NCBI GenBank assembly: GCA_050287845.1
Contig: JBNKCR010000018.1
Location: 10,834-74,833 of the forward strand
Direction of reading: 5' to 3'
DNA from: Polyangia bacterium
GTDB lineage: Bacteria; Myxococcota_A; Polyangia; JAAYKL01
DNA length: 64,000 nucleotides
Within the stretch, counting starts at the first letter, position 1, and every line of letters starts with the position of its first letter. Positions 19,971-31,000 of this stretch are shown piece by piece. The notes beneath the pieces were generated by a model. The model had not been told where the DNA came from. It made no database searches and saw only the letters and a program-made list of their open reading frames with translations. A program made the position numbers and the translations under genes.

Positions 19971-20794
19971 ACTCAAAATCGGTTTTCCATCCGTTCCGGC
20001 TAATTTCCTGTGCGATACTCATACTGTGCGCAGCAGGATGCGCAAAACACTCGGATTCCTCGGATTCGGGGGCACGCTTTCATTTGAAGATTCAGGACTG
20101 GAACGACGACAGCGGTCAATTTTCGGCGTCTGATCTGGCTGTCCGGTTGGCGCCGATAATTCAGAAATTACCTGGACTGACAACCAAAGACACGCCCATG
20201 CTGTTTGTTCGCGGCAATATACATACCGATGAGACGGGAAGCGTGATGGTGCTCGAGGGGCGGTATCTCTTCAGAGTTTCCAATGCGTCTGCACATTTAC
20301 CCGTGAAAGTGGTTGTCATGGGCAGTATCGAAGGAACTACCGTAGCCCGACGGGAAAGTCTGGTGAAAGGTGTTCTTAAAGATCTGAAACAGGCGATCAG
20401 CGCGAATATCCGCATCTGCAATGGTTCAAAAAAAACGTGGATTGCCGCATTGAAGTCGCCGGAACCGGATGAGCAGATTCTTGCGCTTTCCATTCTCAGA
20501 GATCAGAAAGTTGCCGCCGCTGCCCCCGGTGTGATTGGCTTATTGGATGACCCCAGAACGGAAGTCGGACAGGCAGCTGCCGAAACCGCTGCCGTACTGG
20601 CCAGCCCCGAGCACGTGAGTCGCATCATTCGCATCGCGCAGAACGGTGGTCTTGAAGTGGAGGCAAGGTGTATTCAGGTGCTTTCCAGCATTGGCGGTCC
20701 GGATGCCATTGCGTGGCTTGAAATGCTTGCGCTTGGTCATCAGAATTCCCAACTGAGGGAGCTCAGCTTTAATGCATTAAAAAGATTGAAATAA
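19967..20794 (+). CDS. HEAT-repeat lipoprotein
   Basis: Lipobox AAGC and C-terminal HEAT-like repeats (LLDDPRTEVGQAAAETA; CIQVLSSIGGPDAIAWL). Confidence 0.65.
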   Translation: MNSKSVFHPFRLISCAILILCAAGCAKHSDSSDSGARFHLKIQDWNDDSGQFSASDLAVRLAPIIQKLPGLTTKDTPMLFVRGNIHTDETGSVMVLEGRYLFRVSNASAHLPVKVVVMGSIEGTTVARRESLVKGVLKDLKQAISANIRICNGSKKTWIAALKSPEPDEQILALSILRDQKVAAAAPGVIGLLDDPRTEVGQAAAETAAVLASPEHVSRIIRIAQNGGLEVEARCIQVLSSIGGPDAIAWLEMLALGHQNSQLRELSFNALKRLK

Positions 20795-20918
20795 TCGATA
20801 CGCCATTTTATAAACGATGACCCGTTGGCCACAAGGGAATGGATGCAGTAAAAGGTAGCATTGGTACTGCTTTTACCAACGGGAAGAATAGAAAATAGAA
20901 TATTATTGGAGTACATGG

Positions 20919-21953
20919 ATGCAACGGGTCGCTTTGGATTGGAAGAATTTGGGATTTACTTATCGGAAGACCGATTACAACATACGGTATACATGGAAAG
21001 ATGGCGTCTGGGGTGAGGGCGTACTCAGTTCTGATGAGTATATTCCAATGCACATGGCAGCGACTTGTCTTCACTATGGTCAGGAAGCCTTCGAAGGTCT
21101 GAAGGTTTACGAACAGCAGAACGGAGATGTAGTTGTCTTTCGCGATGTGGAAAACGCACTGCGCCTCAATCGTTCCTGTAAAAAAATCTTCATGCCGGAA
21201 GTTCCCGAAAAAATGTTTCAGGATGCCATCGATAGAGTTGTTCACGCCAACCGTCATTTTGTACCTCCGTTTGGCACCGGAGCAACCCTGTATGTGCGTC
21301 CGCTAATCATTGGTACCGGCGCGCGAATCGGCGTACGCCCTGCCGATGAGTACATGTTTATCGTGATGGTGACACCGGTGGGTCCATATTTCAAAGAAGG
21401 GTTCAAGCCGGTCACACTGGTTGTGGAAGAAGAGTTTGACCGAGCTGCGCCCAATGGGGTTGGGGACGTGAAAGTGGGCGGAAATTACGCTGCTGGACTG
21501 CGCGCAAGCTTTAAAGCCAAAATGGCAGGATATACCGAAGCCCTCTATCTCGACGCCCGGGAAAAGAAGTATCTGGATGAATCCGGTCCTGCGAATTTCT
21601 TCGGTGTAACGCGGAATGGTCAATATGTAACACCGGCCAGCAACTCGGTATTGCCATCGATTACCAACATGTCACTGATTCAGATTGCAGAAGATATGGG
21701 AATGCGACCCCAGCGACGCTCCATTGCCGTGGATGAGATATTTGATTTTGTGGATGCCGGATGTTGCGGTACTGCGGCAGTGATTACGCCGGTCAAATCG
21801 ATTACCTGGCGGGATAGAAAAGTGGAATACTGTCTGGACGACAAGCCCGGAGACTATTGCACCCGGTTATACAACCGGCTCGTCAACATTCAGTTGGGTC
21901 TGGAAGCCGACAAGTATGGCTGGATTCGAAAATTGCCTCTGTTCGAGGGATAA
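20919..21953 (+). CDS. ilvE: Branched-chain amino acid aminotransferase
   Basis: LHYGQEAFEGLK, LYVRP, KVGGNYA (PLP Lys), LPSIT, GTAAVITP. Confidence 0.96.
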   Translation: MQRVALDWKNLGFTYRKTDYNIRYTWKDGVWGEGVLSSDEYIPMHMAATCLHYGQEAFEGLKVYEQQNGDVVVFRDVENALRLNRSCKKIFMPEVPEKMFQDAIDRVVHANRHFVPPFGTGATLYVRPLIIGTGARIGVRPADEYMFIVMVTPVGPYFKEGFKPVTLVVEEEFDRAAPNGVGDVKVGGNYAAGLRASFKAKMAGYTEALYLDAREKKYLDESGPANFFGVTRNGQYVTPASNSVLPSITNMSLIQIAEDMGMRPQRRSIAVDEIFDFVDAGCCGTAAVITPVKSITWRDRKVEYCLDDKPGDYCTRLYNRLVNIQLGLEADKYGWIRKLPLFEG

Positions 21954-22056
21954 GCCCAGGCACTGTTCTGTTGGCGAAGAGGCGAGCTCACGGAGACCCT
22001 TTGAACGAGTGGGATAACGGGGCTTGTATAACAACTGAGAATTGCCGAGTTGTGAC

Positions 22057-22458
22057 TTATTTCTTTGCGGGCATTTTCAGAATTTCAACTTCAACTCTGA
22101 CAATTCCCTGACGAATCATATCCAGACGGTTGGCGGCTGCCCGTGACAAATCAATGATTCGTTTTCGATCGCCGAACGGCCCGCGATCATTGATTTTTAC
22201 AATGACTGTTTTCATATTCGCCAGATTGGTGACCTTGACCTTTGTACCAAATGGCAATGACTTGTGAGCGGCCGTCAATTTGTTCCGGTCATATACCTCA
22301 CCGCTGGCGGTCTTTCGGCCATGCAATTTGTCGGAGTAGTAAGACGCAATTCCAGTGAGACGGCTCCCCGGATGCATCCTGCCGGCACAGGCGGGAACGG
22401 TGAAGAATTGCAATGCGACTACCACATAGAGCAGCGTTCTGGTGCACGCCGGAGTCAT
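22057..22458 (-). CDS. rlpA: RlpA-family lytic transglycosylase (DPBB domain only)
   Basis: GIASYY...TASGE...[11 protein letters not shown]...INDRGPF...IIDLS. Confidence 0.92.
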   Translation of the reverse strand: MTPACTRTLLYVVVALQFFTVPACAGRMHPGSRLTGIASYYSDKLHGRKTASGEVYDRNKLTAAHKSLPFGTKVKVTNLANMKTVIVKINDRGPFGDRKRIIDLSRAAANRLDMIRQGIVRVEVEILKMPAKK

Positions 22459-22524
22459 GTTTCACTTATATCACAACACCGGATGTCTGAAACGATAAAG
22501 GAAGCGAAAAAGCAATCCGGGATT

Positions 22525-23400
22525 TCAGGGAATAATTTTATTGATGGGATATTCGATAATGCCTTCAGCGCCCGCTTCTTTCAGTTTGGGCAGCAGTGTT
22601 CGCACGATGGATTCTTCGACAATAATTTCAATCGCACGCCAACTTTCATCGCTGAGATACGAAACGGTGGGGTTATGCAGTGAGGGCAGTAGCGCGATGA
22701 TGGTATCCAACGTGTCCACGGAGCAATTCAATTTCAAACCAACAAAATTTCGCGCCCGGATGGCGGCTTCGAGCATAAGAGCGATTCTCGATATTTTGTT
22801 TCTCTTCCACGCATCTTTCATGGCGTCGCGATTGGCAATCAGTCGCGTGGTTGAAATTTGGATATCGTCAATGATTTTGAGGTTATTGGCGCGCAAGGAC
22901 GATCCGGTTTCGGTAATTTCCACAATGGCGTCGGCCAGCTTTGGGGGCTTGACCTCAGTGGCGCCCCATGAGAATTCAACCTTTGCGCTGACACCGTGTT
23001 TTTTCAGATATTCTCTGGTAAGATTCACTACTTCAGTGGCGATGGTCTTTCCTTCGAGATCTTTTGGGCCTTTTATATCAGAATCATTGGGGACGGCCAA
23101 AACCCATCGGACATTGCCGTAACTGGCTTTGGCGTATTCCAGCTCAGCGACCTGTTCAACATCTGAACCGTTTTCAACGATCCAGTCCAATCCGGTCAGT
23201 CCAATATCCAGAATCCCGTTCTCAACATATCGGGACATTTCCTGGGCACGAATCAGCATGCATTCGATTTCAACATCATCAATGGATGGATAATAACTTC
23301 TGGAACGAAAAGTAATATTGTAACCCGCTTTGGCGAACAATGCGGCGGTGCTTTCCTGCAAACTGCCTTTGGGAATTCCAAGTTTCAATTTCTGGCTCAT
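22525..23400 (-). CDS. hisG: ATP phosphoribosyltransferase (long form)
   Basis: [31 protein letters not shown]-terminal regulatory domain GAEGIIEYP. Confidence 0.96.
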   Translation of the reverse strand: MSQKLKLGIPKGSLQESTAALFAKAGYNITFRSRSYYPSIDDVEIECMLIRAQEMSRYVENGILDIGLTGLDWIVENGSDVEQVAELEYAKASYGNVRWVLAVPNDSDIKGPKDLEGKTIATEVVNLTREYLKKHGVSAKVEFSWGATEVKPPKLADAIVEITETGSSLRANNLKIIDDIQISTTRLIANRDAMKDAWKRNKISRIALMLEAAIRARNFVGLKLNCSVDTLDTIIALLPSLHNPTVSYLSDESWRAIEIIVEESIVRTLLPKLKEAGAEGIIEYPINKIIP

Positions 23401-23412
23401 AGCGACTCTCCC

Positions 23413-23808
23413 TTATTTTTTATATACCTGGCTCGGATCGAATACGATTTCCTCAACGATATTCAGCTCACCATCATCATCCAGCCGGCGATAAAAACAT
23501 GAATTATATCCCTTGTGACAAGCCGCGTTGCCGATTTGATTCACTTTCACCAGAACGGTGTCTTCATCACAATCCACGTAAATCTCTTTTACTTCCTGAA
23601 TATTTCCCGAACTCTCTCCTTTGACCCACAACTGATCACGGGATCGAGAATAAAAGGTGGCTTTCTTTGTTTTCACGGTATGCGCAAACGCTTCTTCGTT
23701 CATAAAGGCAACCATCAGAACTTTACCGGTTTCGTAGTCCTGAACAATTGCGGGCAATAGGCCGTTTCCAAGTTTGTCAAAGTTTAATTTCATTTTGAAT
23801 AGCTCCAT
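23413..23808 (-). CDS. hisI: Phosphoribosyl-AMP cyclohydrolase
   Basis: SRSR..LWVKGESSG, DCDED, ACHKGYNSCF. Confidence 0.96.
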   Translation of the reverse strand: MELFKMKLNFDKLGNGLLPAIVQDYETGKVLMVAFMNEEAFAHTVKTKKATFYSRSRDQLWVKGESSGNIQEVKEIYVDCDEDTVLVKVNQIGNAACHKGYNSCFYRRLDDDGELNIVEEIVFDPSQVYKK

Positions 23809-23915
23809 CAGTGGCTGGAATTATCGGGTGTTTGCGACCAGAGACAGGCGGATAATAGAGAATATTTTTTGTTTTGCAACGCCAGATTGTGTTTTTGGAA
23901 GAAAAAAGATGAATG

Positions 23916-23956
23916 AAAAAGATTCAGCGGGAAGAATCAGATGCGATTTCTGAATC
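23916..23956 (-). terminator. Possible intrinsic terminator after the FKBP gene
   Basis: Minus strand GATTCAG...CTGAATC stem followed by TTTTT. The loop is large. Confidence 0.3.
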
Positions 23957-23959
23957 GAA

Positions 23960-24847
23960 TTATTCAGCCGAGTTTTCTGCTGGTTTCGCTGCTGCTGCCG
24001 GCTTGGCTACCGCTGCTGGTTTAGCCGGTTTGGCCGCAGGCTTGGCCGCTTTAGCCGGTTTAGCCGCAGGCTTGGCCGCTGCTGCGTCCTGATTTTCTTC
24101 GTTGACGATTTCGAGCAGTTCGATTTCGAAAATAAGTGCGCTATTCGGACCAATTTTCGATCCAGCGCCGCGCTCCCCATAACCCAGATCCGGTGGAATA
24201 AACAGCGTCCATTTTGAACCGACTGGCATCAGTTGAAGCGCTTCGGTCCATCCTTTCACCACACGGCCAACGGGGAAAGTTGCCGGACGGTTGCGTTTGT
24301 AGGAGCTGTCAAACTCTGAACCGTCAATCAGCGTCCCTTTGTAGTGAACAGATACGCGATCTTCCGCAGTGGGTTTGGGACCATCGCCTTCTTTTTCGAT
24401 TTTATACTGAAGTCCGGATTCCGTTGTAACAACGCCTTCCTTCTTTTTATTTTCTTCAAGGAATTCATCGGCCTTCTTTTTATTTTCAGCGGCAGAAGCT
24501 TCACGCTCTTTGCGTTCTTCCTCTCGTCTGATTTTTGAATGCTCGCGTTTCACTTCGATGCGCGCTTTATCATCCAGAAGCCCCGCCTCGGGGTCGTCCT
24601 TGTCGGCCATACCATCAACAACGCCTTTCAGAAAGACGTCGTTTTTCAGTTCCATTCGATTGCGGGACGCGGAACGTCCCACATCATATCCGACCGCATA
24701 GTTCAATTTGTCGTTCAGGTCCTTCAGATCCTTTTTCGTGACTTCAGCTTTCTTGGGCGCCTCCGGTTCTTTACATTCGGGGCAGGGCTTATTATTGCAT
24801 GCAACAAACAGCAGAGTTACGGCACAGGTTGCAATCACTTTGTACAT
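23960..24847 (-). CDS. FKBP-type peptidyl-prolyl isomerase (FkpA/Mip-like lipoprotein) with KPAA-repeat tail
   Basis: Lipobox FVAC, YAVG, TESGLQY, VHYKGTLIDGSEFDSS, VVKGWTEAL, IPPDLGYG. Confidence 0.93.
   Translation of the reverse strand: MYKVIATCAVTLLFVACNNKPCPECKEPEAPKKAEVTKKDLKDLNDKLNYAVGYDVGRSASRNRMELKNDVFLKGVVDGMADKDDPEAGLLDDKARIEVKREHSKIRREEERKEREASAAENKKKADEFLEENKKKEGVVTTESGLQYKIEKEGDGPKPTAEDRVSVHYKGTLIDGSEFDSSYKRNRPATFPVGRVVKGWTEALQLMPVGSKWTLFIPPDLGYGERGAGSKIGPNSALIFEIELLEIVNEENQDAAAAKPAAKPAKAAKPAAKPAKPAAVAKPAAAAKPAENSAE
24021..24080. repeat. 30-bp tandem duplication encoding KPAA repeats
   Basis: TTAGCCGGTTT(G/A)GCCGCAGGCTTGGCCGCT x2, one mismatch. Confidence 0.9.
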
Positions 24848-25050
24848 GGCTTTCTCCTTTTCATTATTGAATCTAATCAAATAACGTATGTCTCACCGGG
24901 GACCATATTGCGGTGTTTCTGATTTTCATCGCAGAATTCCGTATTCTTCGTTCAATCAGACATCCACCGATGTGGTCCAGTGAACGGGATATTTTCAGTT
25001 CGATCGCATTCCGTCAATCCCGAAAACTGTTTTTTTTAATGACAGTAAGA

Positions 25051-27150
25051 TTATTTACGAAATATCACTCGCTGCATTTTCTTGCGAACACCGAGATATT
25101 TCTGCACAAGAGTCCTATATTCCGTAGAAATCTTTCCTGTCGGATTGTAAATATTATTCATTTCTCTTCGATCCTTTTTCAGATTGAAAAGTTCATAGTA
25201 TTTTGATGCGAAATCATAGTGAATGCGCAAATCACCTTTTTGCAATGCCACCTCTGACCGTTTCACACCAAGCAGTTCAACAATAACCGCGTTATCCGTA
25301 TTCTTCATCATCGGACCGAAATCATTTCTGATCCGGTTGGCAGCAGCTGCGAACAGCGGTTTGGGACCTTTGAGGAATAGCCATGGGAACAGATACATGG
25401 TCGACGTGGGTTCGGAAATGATGTGTCCATTGACACCGGGAATACGGATGATCAGGGCGACATTTGATCCTTCCACGTAGATGCAGTTGTGTCCATCCCG
25501 ACCGTGTTCTTTGAATTCTTCCCCATGGTCACCCATGACGATGACAATTGTTGATTTGTCCAGCTGTTGTTTCTTCAGATGTGCAAGTATTCTGGAAAGT
25601 TGCTCGTCTGAATAGCGGATTTCCTGCCGAAAGCGCTGTATATCAGTTTCATCGGGCATGTCCTTATAATGAGTCAGATAGCTGGCATGCGGCGCACTGA
25701 GGAACACCCAACCGAAAAATGGCTTCTTGTCTTCCAGTGAATGGTCAATTTCCTGAATGGCTTTATCGGCAATAAGGCGATCGCATTTGCTGCTTTTCGT
25801 GCTTCGACAAATCAGATGGTTCCGCTCGAATCCCTGTTCGAAACCGTGATTCAGCTTTGAAAATACTCTGGCAAAATTGTGCGAAACCCGGAATGTCTGA
25901 TATCCGGCTTTTTGCAGAAGCTCGGCAACGGTGATTTCAGATTCTTCCAAACTTCCAAATGCCGGATTCCGGCTCAGTCGAAGTCTGGTGAACGAAGGGT
26001 ATGTCATGGACATGAGCGATGAAAGGGAAACCATTGTCTTCATTGATGATGAAAATGCGAACTCGAACGAGTAGGCCCCGTCTTTTCGCATTTTTTCAAG
26101 TGTCGGAGTGTTTCGCCATTTCCTGTTGTACAGCGAGGTCTGATCGTAACGAAGTGATTCCACTGTGACCAGTAAGATGTTGTAGTCCTTAAGAGAAAAA
26201 GTCGGGGGGAGGGTCGGGAACTGAGTCGCTTTGAGGAAATCATGCTGATGCAGTTTTCCAGCAGCAAGATTCACCGTTGTATCCGCTTCGGGGGCGACAA
26301 TATCACGATCGATCATATTGGCCTGTCCCAGAAGGGTATACCGCTCATACAGAGGGGTTGTCGTGGAAAACTGATTCGCAGATGAAAAGTGCGGAACCAG
26401 AAAGAAAACGTGGGCAAAAATGAGTAGCCAGATGCTCTGGAACACACGGAATCCCCGCGACTGAGATGTGAGTCGGGAGAGCAACAATCCGAGTCCGAGG
26501 GTAAACAGGATGAAGGTGAACGACAGTATACTCAGATGCAGGGTGGGATAGACATCCGGATAGAGAATAAAATTGAGATAGTGCAATATAGCGGCCGCTG
26601 CGATTACCACAGACGGCGGCAGAAATTTACGCATCATGTGTTGCCGGCGATGCTTCCATGTGTCTGAGACAGGCGCCAACATCTCGAGATATATCACTGA
26701 AAGGAATATTCCCCCCAGAACAAATACGACGGCAAACAGCCAGTATCCCTGAAAGCGTATATAACTCGTTAAACAGTTATATATCATCAAGGTGATCAGC
26801 ACACACCATGCGAGGCCAATACATGCAATGACAGGCCGGTGCCCTGGCACCCGTTGATATGCGTAAAGAGTCAGTGCGATTTGTCCCAGATAAATGATGT
26901 CGTATCGCAAGTGATGCAGTGCGCCGTTCAATGACAAGGTGAGCACATGAAACCAGCGACCGGGTTTCAGCAGCAGCATATCTCCTGGGATATGCAATAT
27001 TTCCAGCGCAGCCAGCAGTATCAGCGCTATTGAAAACGCAAAGAATATGTGAAGAATGCCCGGTGGGGAAAGCTGCTCGGGGGGAAAGAAAAACTTTCCT
27101 GATAATGTTGAGAGATATCGACGGAAATTGGATTGTGAAAGCATTGACAC
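25051..27150 (-). CDS. Multi-TM sulfatase/alkaline-phosphatase-superfamily hydrolase or transferase
   Basis: Hydrophobic N-terminal third; NILLVTVESLRYD, APH, MGDHGEEF..H..H. No C/S-x-P-x-R motif. Start uncertain. Confidence 0.75.
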   Translation of the reverse strand: MSMLSQSNFRRYLSTLSGKFFFPPEQLSPPGILHIFFAFSIALILLAALEILHIPGDMLLLKPGRWFHVLTLSLNGALHHLRYDIIYLGQIALTLYAYQRVPGHRPVIACIGLAWCVLITLMIYNCLTSYIRFQGYWLFAVVFVLGGIFLSVIYLEMLAPVSDTWKHRRQHMMRKFLPPSVVIAAAAILHYLNFILYPDVYPTLHLSILSFTFILFTLGLGLLLSRLTSQSRGFRVFQSIWLLIFAHVFFLVPHFSSANQFSTTTPLYERYTLLGQANMIDRDIVAPEADTTVNLAAGKLHQHDFLKATQFPTLPPTFSLKDYNILLVTVESLRYDQTSLYNRKWRNTPTLEKMRKDGAYSFEFAFSSSMKTMVSLSSLMSMTYPSFTRLRLSRNPAFGSLEESEITVAELLQKAGYQTFRVSHNFARVFSKLNHGFEQGFERNHLICRSTKSSKCDRLIADKAIQEIDHSLEDKKPFFGWVFLSAPHASYLTHYKDMPDETDIQRFRQEIRYSDEQLSRILAHLKKQQLDKSTIVIVMGDHGEEFKEHGRDGHNCIYVEGSNVALIIRIPGVNGHIISEPTSTMYLFPWLFLKGPKPLFAAAANRIRNDFGPMMKNTDNAVIVELLGVKRSEVALQKGDLRIHYDFASKYYELFNLKKDRREMNNIYNPTGKISTEYRTLVQKYLGVRKKMQRVIFRK

Positions 27151-27275
27151 CGACCCGTGAGCTTTTCACCATGGCGAAAAGGGCATTCGTGTTGAAAAAC
27201 CGGTTATAGAAGCATAGGGCTCAAAATCAAGTGCATTTTGCAATGGTGGGAACAAATGTCGCTGTCTGAGCACAC

Positions 27276-27899
27276 TCACATTCGACGATAAACGCCCATG
27301 ACCACCCCCAGCAATTGCATGGGGAGAAAATCCTGGCGACGTACCATCACAGGAGCACAATTGCTGTTTGCGGGAACAAACCGGATATGATCACGCTCGG
27401 GATGATAGTACCGAACCGCTGCGTTGTCGCCGAGCAGCGCCACAACGACATCGCCTTTTTCGGCAAACATCTGTTTTTTCACAAAAATAAAATCGCCGTT
27501 GTGAATTCCGGCCTGAAGCATGGCATCGCCGTTTACCCACATGCCAAAAACTTCTTTGGTGTTGCCAAGAAGGAATCGGTCAACCGTAATGTAGTCTTCA
27601 ATATTCTGTTCGGCCAGAACAGGTTGTCCGGCTGTGACCCGACTCACAACAGGAATCTTCACGGTATCCACCTGCTTTTTTTCTTCCATGTTCACAGGTC
27701 GGAGTGCCCGGGATTTCATATCTTCCCGTTTGAGATACCCCTTTCGTTCCAATGCGCGGAGATGATCGTTCACGCCATTGGTTGAACGAATCCCCATGTG
27801 ACGTCCAATTTCTCTCAGTGTTGGGGGATAGCCACGATCTGCAATGGAACTGGTGATATAATCGAGAACTTTTTCCTGTCTCTTGGTCAATCCTTGCAT
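27276..27899 (-). CDS. lexA: LexA repressor with substituted catalytic dyad
   Basis: LTKRQ..., GYPPTLREIG, HLRALERKGY, SRAL, RVTAGQP. S24 domain reads GDAM and AAVRY. GGAG RBS. Confidence 0.92.
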   Translation of the reverse strand: MQGLTKRQEKVLDYITSSIADRGYPPTLREIGRHMGIRSTNGVNDHLRALERKGYLKREDMKSRALRPVNMEEKKQVDTVKIPVVSRVTAGQPVLAEQNIEDYITVDRFLLGNTKEVFGMWVNGDAMLQAGIHNGDFIFVKKQMFAEKGDVVVALLGDNAAVRYYHPERDHIRFVPANSNCAPVMVRRQDFLPMQLLGVVMGVYRRM

Positions 27900-27955
27900 A
27901 TAAAATACTCCTCCACAAAAAGACAACCTGTTATTTGGTGCAGTAATTGATTGTT

Positions 27956-27985
27956 ATACTACTGAACAGCCGGTTACGGAGTCAA
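27956..27985 (-). promoter_or_regulatory. Candidate sigma70 promoter of lexA with a possible LexA operator in the spacer
   Basis: Minus strand TTGACT-N18-TAGTAT. The spacer contains GTAACCGGCTGTTCAG, whose GTTCAG half matches the Myxococcus xanthus LexA box (CTRHAMRYBYGTTCAGS). Confidence 0.45.
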
Positions 27986-28031
27986 ATAAGTGACCATTTT
28001 AGGTGAATTTCATGAAAATATCTGATGGATA

Positions 28032-31000
28032 CTAACGGATATCAATTTGTCCACTGTTCATATGTTCGGTTGTCCGCAGGAATTGCTGATAATCGGAATA
28101 GTGTTCCGGAGAAACGCGGTCGATGTGAATATCAGCGGTCATCTCCACCGTTAATTGTTGATTCCCTTGCGAAAACTGCTGACAGTAGCCGGCTTGCGGC
28201 GTTGTGATACGGATGCATGCATCCTGGGGAGTCTTTTTCACTTTCATTGATGATGGCAGTGATATGTGCACGATTCGACGTGTTTTCTGGTAGGCAGCCA
28301 GCACCAGCGGCAGCATTCTCGAGGATTCGCCGCTGGAAAACTGCGTGAAATCCACCGACAGTGGCAGGTTTAAATGTTGCCCATCATCCGTGAACTGTAC
28401 TATATCAGGTACGTCTATATTACATTCAACAATGAGCGGTTCCTGAAGTGCCGACTCATTACGTATGGTGTACGTATTGAGAACCGCTTCGGGAAAGTAG
28501 CCGCTGAGCAGATGGGTTTCAATCAGTTTTCGCCGTTGTGACGAGGGTTTCTGCAGTTCTTCGCGAAGATATGCCGCCTCGTCTCCCTTGAGTGACAGGG
28601 TAACAGTACCGGTCGCATTGCCATCAACCGAAACCTTCAGTGATGCGTCCACTGTTGTTTCGTCTTCTGGAATCTGTCCCTTATCCATTTTTTCAATACT
28701 GCAACTTTGTGGAAGCAAAGTGGATTGATTTCGCAGGTGGGTGGGTATCAGACCAATTGGTCCGTATTTCTGATCGAGACTTATCCATCGGTTGTCTGAA
28801 AGCTTCACAACGGGAACGGTGTATCGGTTCAATTGGGCAACATTTGCCTGGGTGCTGTCGTCCCATGGGGTACTCGCGATGCCCAATTCGGCTGTCAGAC
28901 CTGAAAGCCTGGCCATATATACAAAAAGTCGCGCTCTGTTTCCCCGTCGTCGACTGAATATATGGGAGGCTGGCTCAAACCACTGCATATCATCTGCTAT
29001 GTTCGTCATAATCCAGTTGTATATTGCCGCTGCCTTTGCATCAGGATCCGGGCCTACATCTCTGAGAATATGGGTGTTGATAAACCGGATAATCTCCGGG
29101 TCCGGCTGGGATTTGCCATGAAGCTGTCTGTTCAGCCATTGGCAATATTCATTCATGGATGCATTGGCGGTGACACGCACGGATGGCAGATACTCCACCG
29201 GATCCGGTGCACTCGGTTCGCTGGATAAAGGGGGAATATTCCTGGCCCGAAAGGTGACAGTCTGTATTCCATCGAAATGGTTTTCTTCCGGTTGAGGTGC
29301 ATTTCCCCGAATATCGTATTGCATTCGCGCCCCTGCCGGCGCGACAACAATCAGTTCAGAACGAACGAAGGTGGACTGAAAATCCCGGAAGAAAAAAGGT
29401 TCCGTGTCAAAACCACCGGGAAAGATTGAATGGGGCGGCGCATGGGTGAGGCTTTCAAACTCGATGAAATCTCCAACCGCCAGATGGGGCAGGGAGATAC
29501 TGGATTTATACTCAACAGAAGTGGGATACAGAATTTCGAGATTGGGTTTGATCACTCGGGCCGTCAGGATTTCCGCCCCTGGCGGTACGTCCAGTTCACC
29601 GTGGGTATCCACCGCATCTACGGAGTTCACTTTTCCAATCCAATGGGTCAGCTGCATGCCCGAACCGAAATCATCCACGAGATACACCATCCGGTCGAGA
29701 ATCCACGCAAAATCGGTGGATACATCGGGATTCTCCGCAAGGTGCGCGCGGATGGTCTGAAGGCCGTCGATACGATAGGATTCAATTGCTGATTTTCCGG
29801 TGACGAGTTCGCATGTGTTAAAAAAGTCCGGATTCATTGGCCAGAGTGTCATTCTCCCACAGATTTTCCTGGCCTTTTTCACTTCTCCCGCTGCCAGGTA
29901 GGCATCAAGAAGCAGGATTTGGGTTTGAATGTCCAGAGGGAATTTCGATGCGGTTTCTTCAAGCTTGGAAATACTTTTCTGCAGGTGGCCGGCGTTTGAC
30001 AATGTGCTGGCCACATTCAATTGCAAATCAAGGTTGTCGGGCTGCAAGGCCGCGATTTGGCGAATCCGGTTGGCCGCTTCGCTGAACTTTCCGTTCCGAG
30101 CCAATTCCGTGGCAAAAACCGATGATGCGGCCGCGCATTGAGAAATGTTTCTGGAAGCGCGTTCTGCAAGATCGTAGTTCTCATCGCCAAGGGCAAGGGC
30201 ATATTCCCAGTTATGCACTGCACAGTTGGCGCCCACCAGTTTCTTCAATTCATCCAGTGTGTGGTGTGCAGATTTCTTCCATTGATTGTCACGATAGTAA
30301 TCCAGCAGGGTGAAATACAGGATCGGCTCCGTGGGCACCGTCGCAATCGCTTGTTCCAGCATCGCAATGGCATCTGCTGTTCTGCCATTCCGTTGTTCGT
30401 GCTCCGCGAGAAACACTGCGGCTCTGGCAAAATGGGCATTCTGTTCCAGGGCACCCCGATACAGCGAGCGCGCATTTTCCATACCGGTTTCAAACGCATT
30501 GAAGGGTGTCATCAGCTCGTATTCCGCACGACGCAACTGTAGCCGGGCAACGACGTGTTTACGAGGCACACGCGGATTGAGCCATGACACAGGGTCGACA
30601 TTCCAGATATCGTATTGCATTTTGGCCAACGTGGCAGATTCGGTCTGCGGTACGGGAACCGGCATTGTATGAGTGGCGCCCGGCGCGGTATGATGGGCAG
30701 AGAGGCGCCAGACTGTACCCGAAGCGACAGCTTCCATCCCGTCGGTGAGCACAGAGAGGGAAAACGCCGGGGTATATTCCGGAGAATACGCTTCAATCCG
30801 TACTTCGTGGACCCCCTGTATCAATGGAACAGAAAACCACCTGTTCTCTGGAAGCCACCGGGCCTCAGACCTCTGTGCCCACGCCTCATGGCCATTAATC
30901 CATACGCGCATGTCCGCGGTGCCATGAAGACGAAAATAGAAGGTGCCGGACTGGTCTGCCCGAATGGTTGTTCTGGCCACCACTGTGCCGGAAAACTGAT

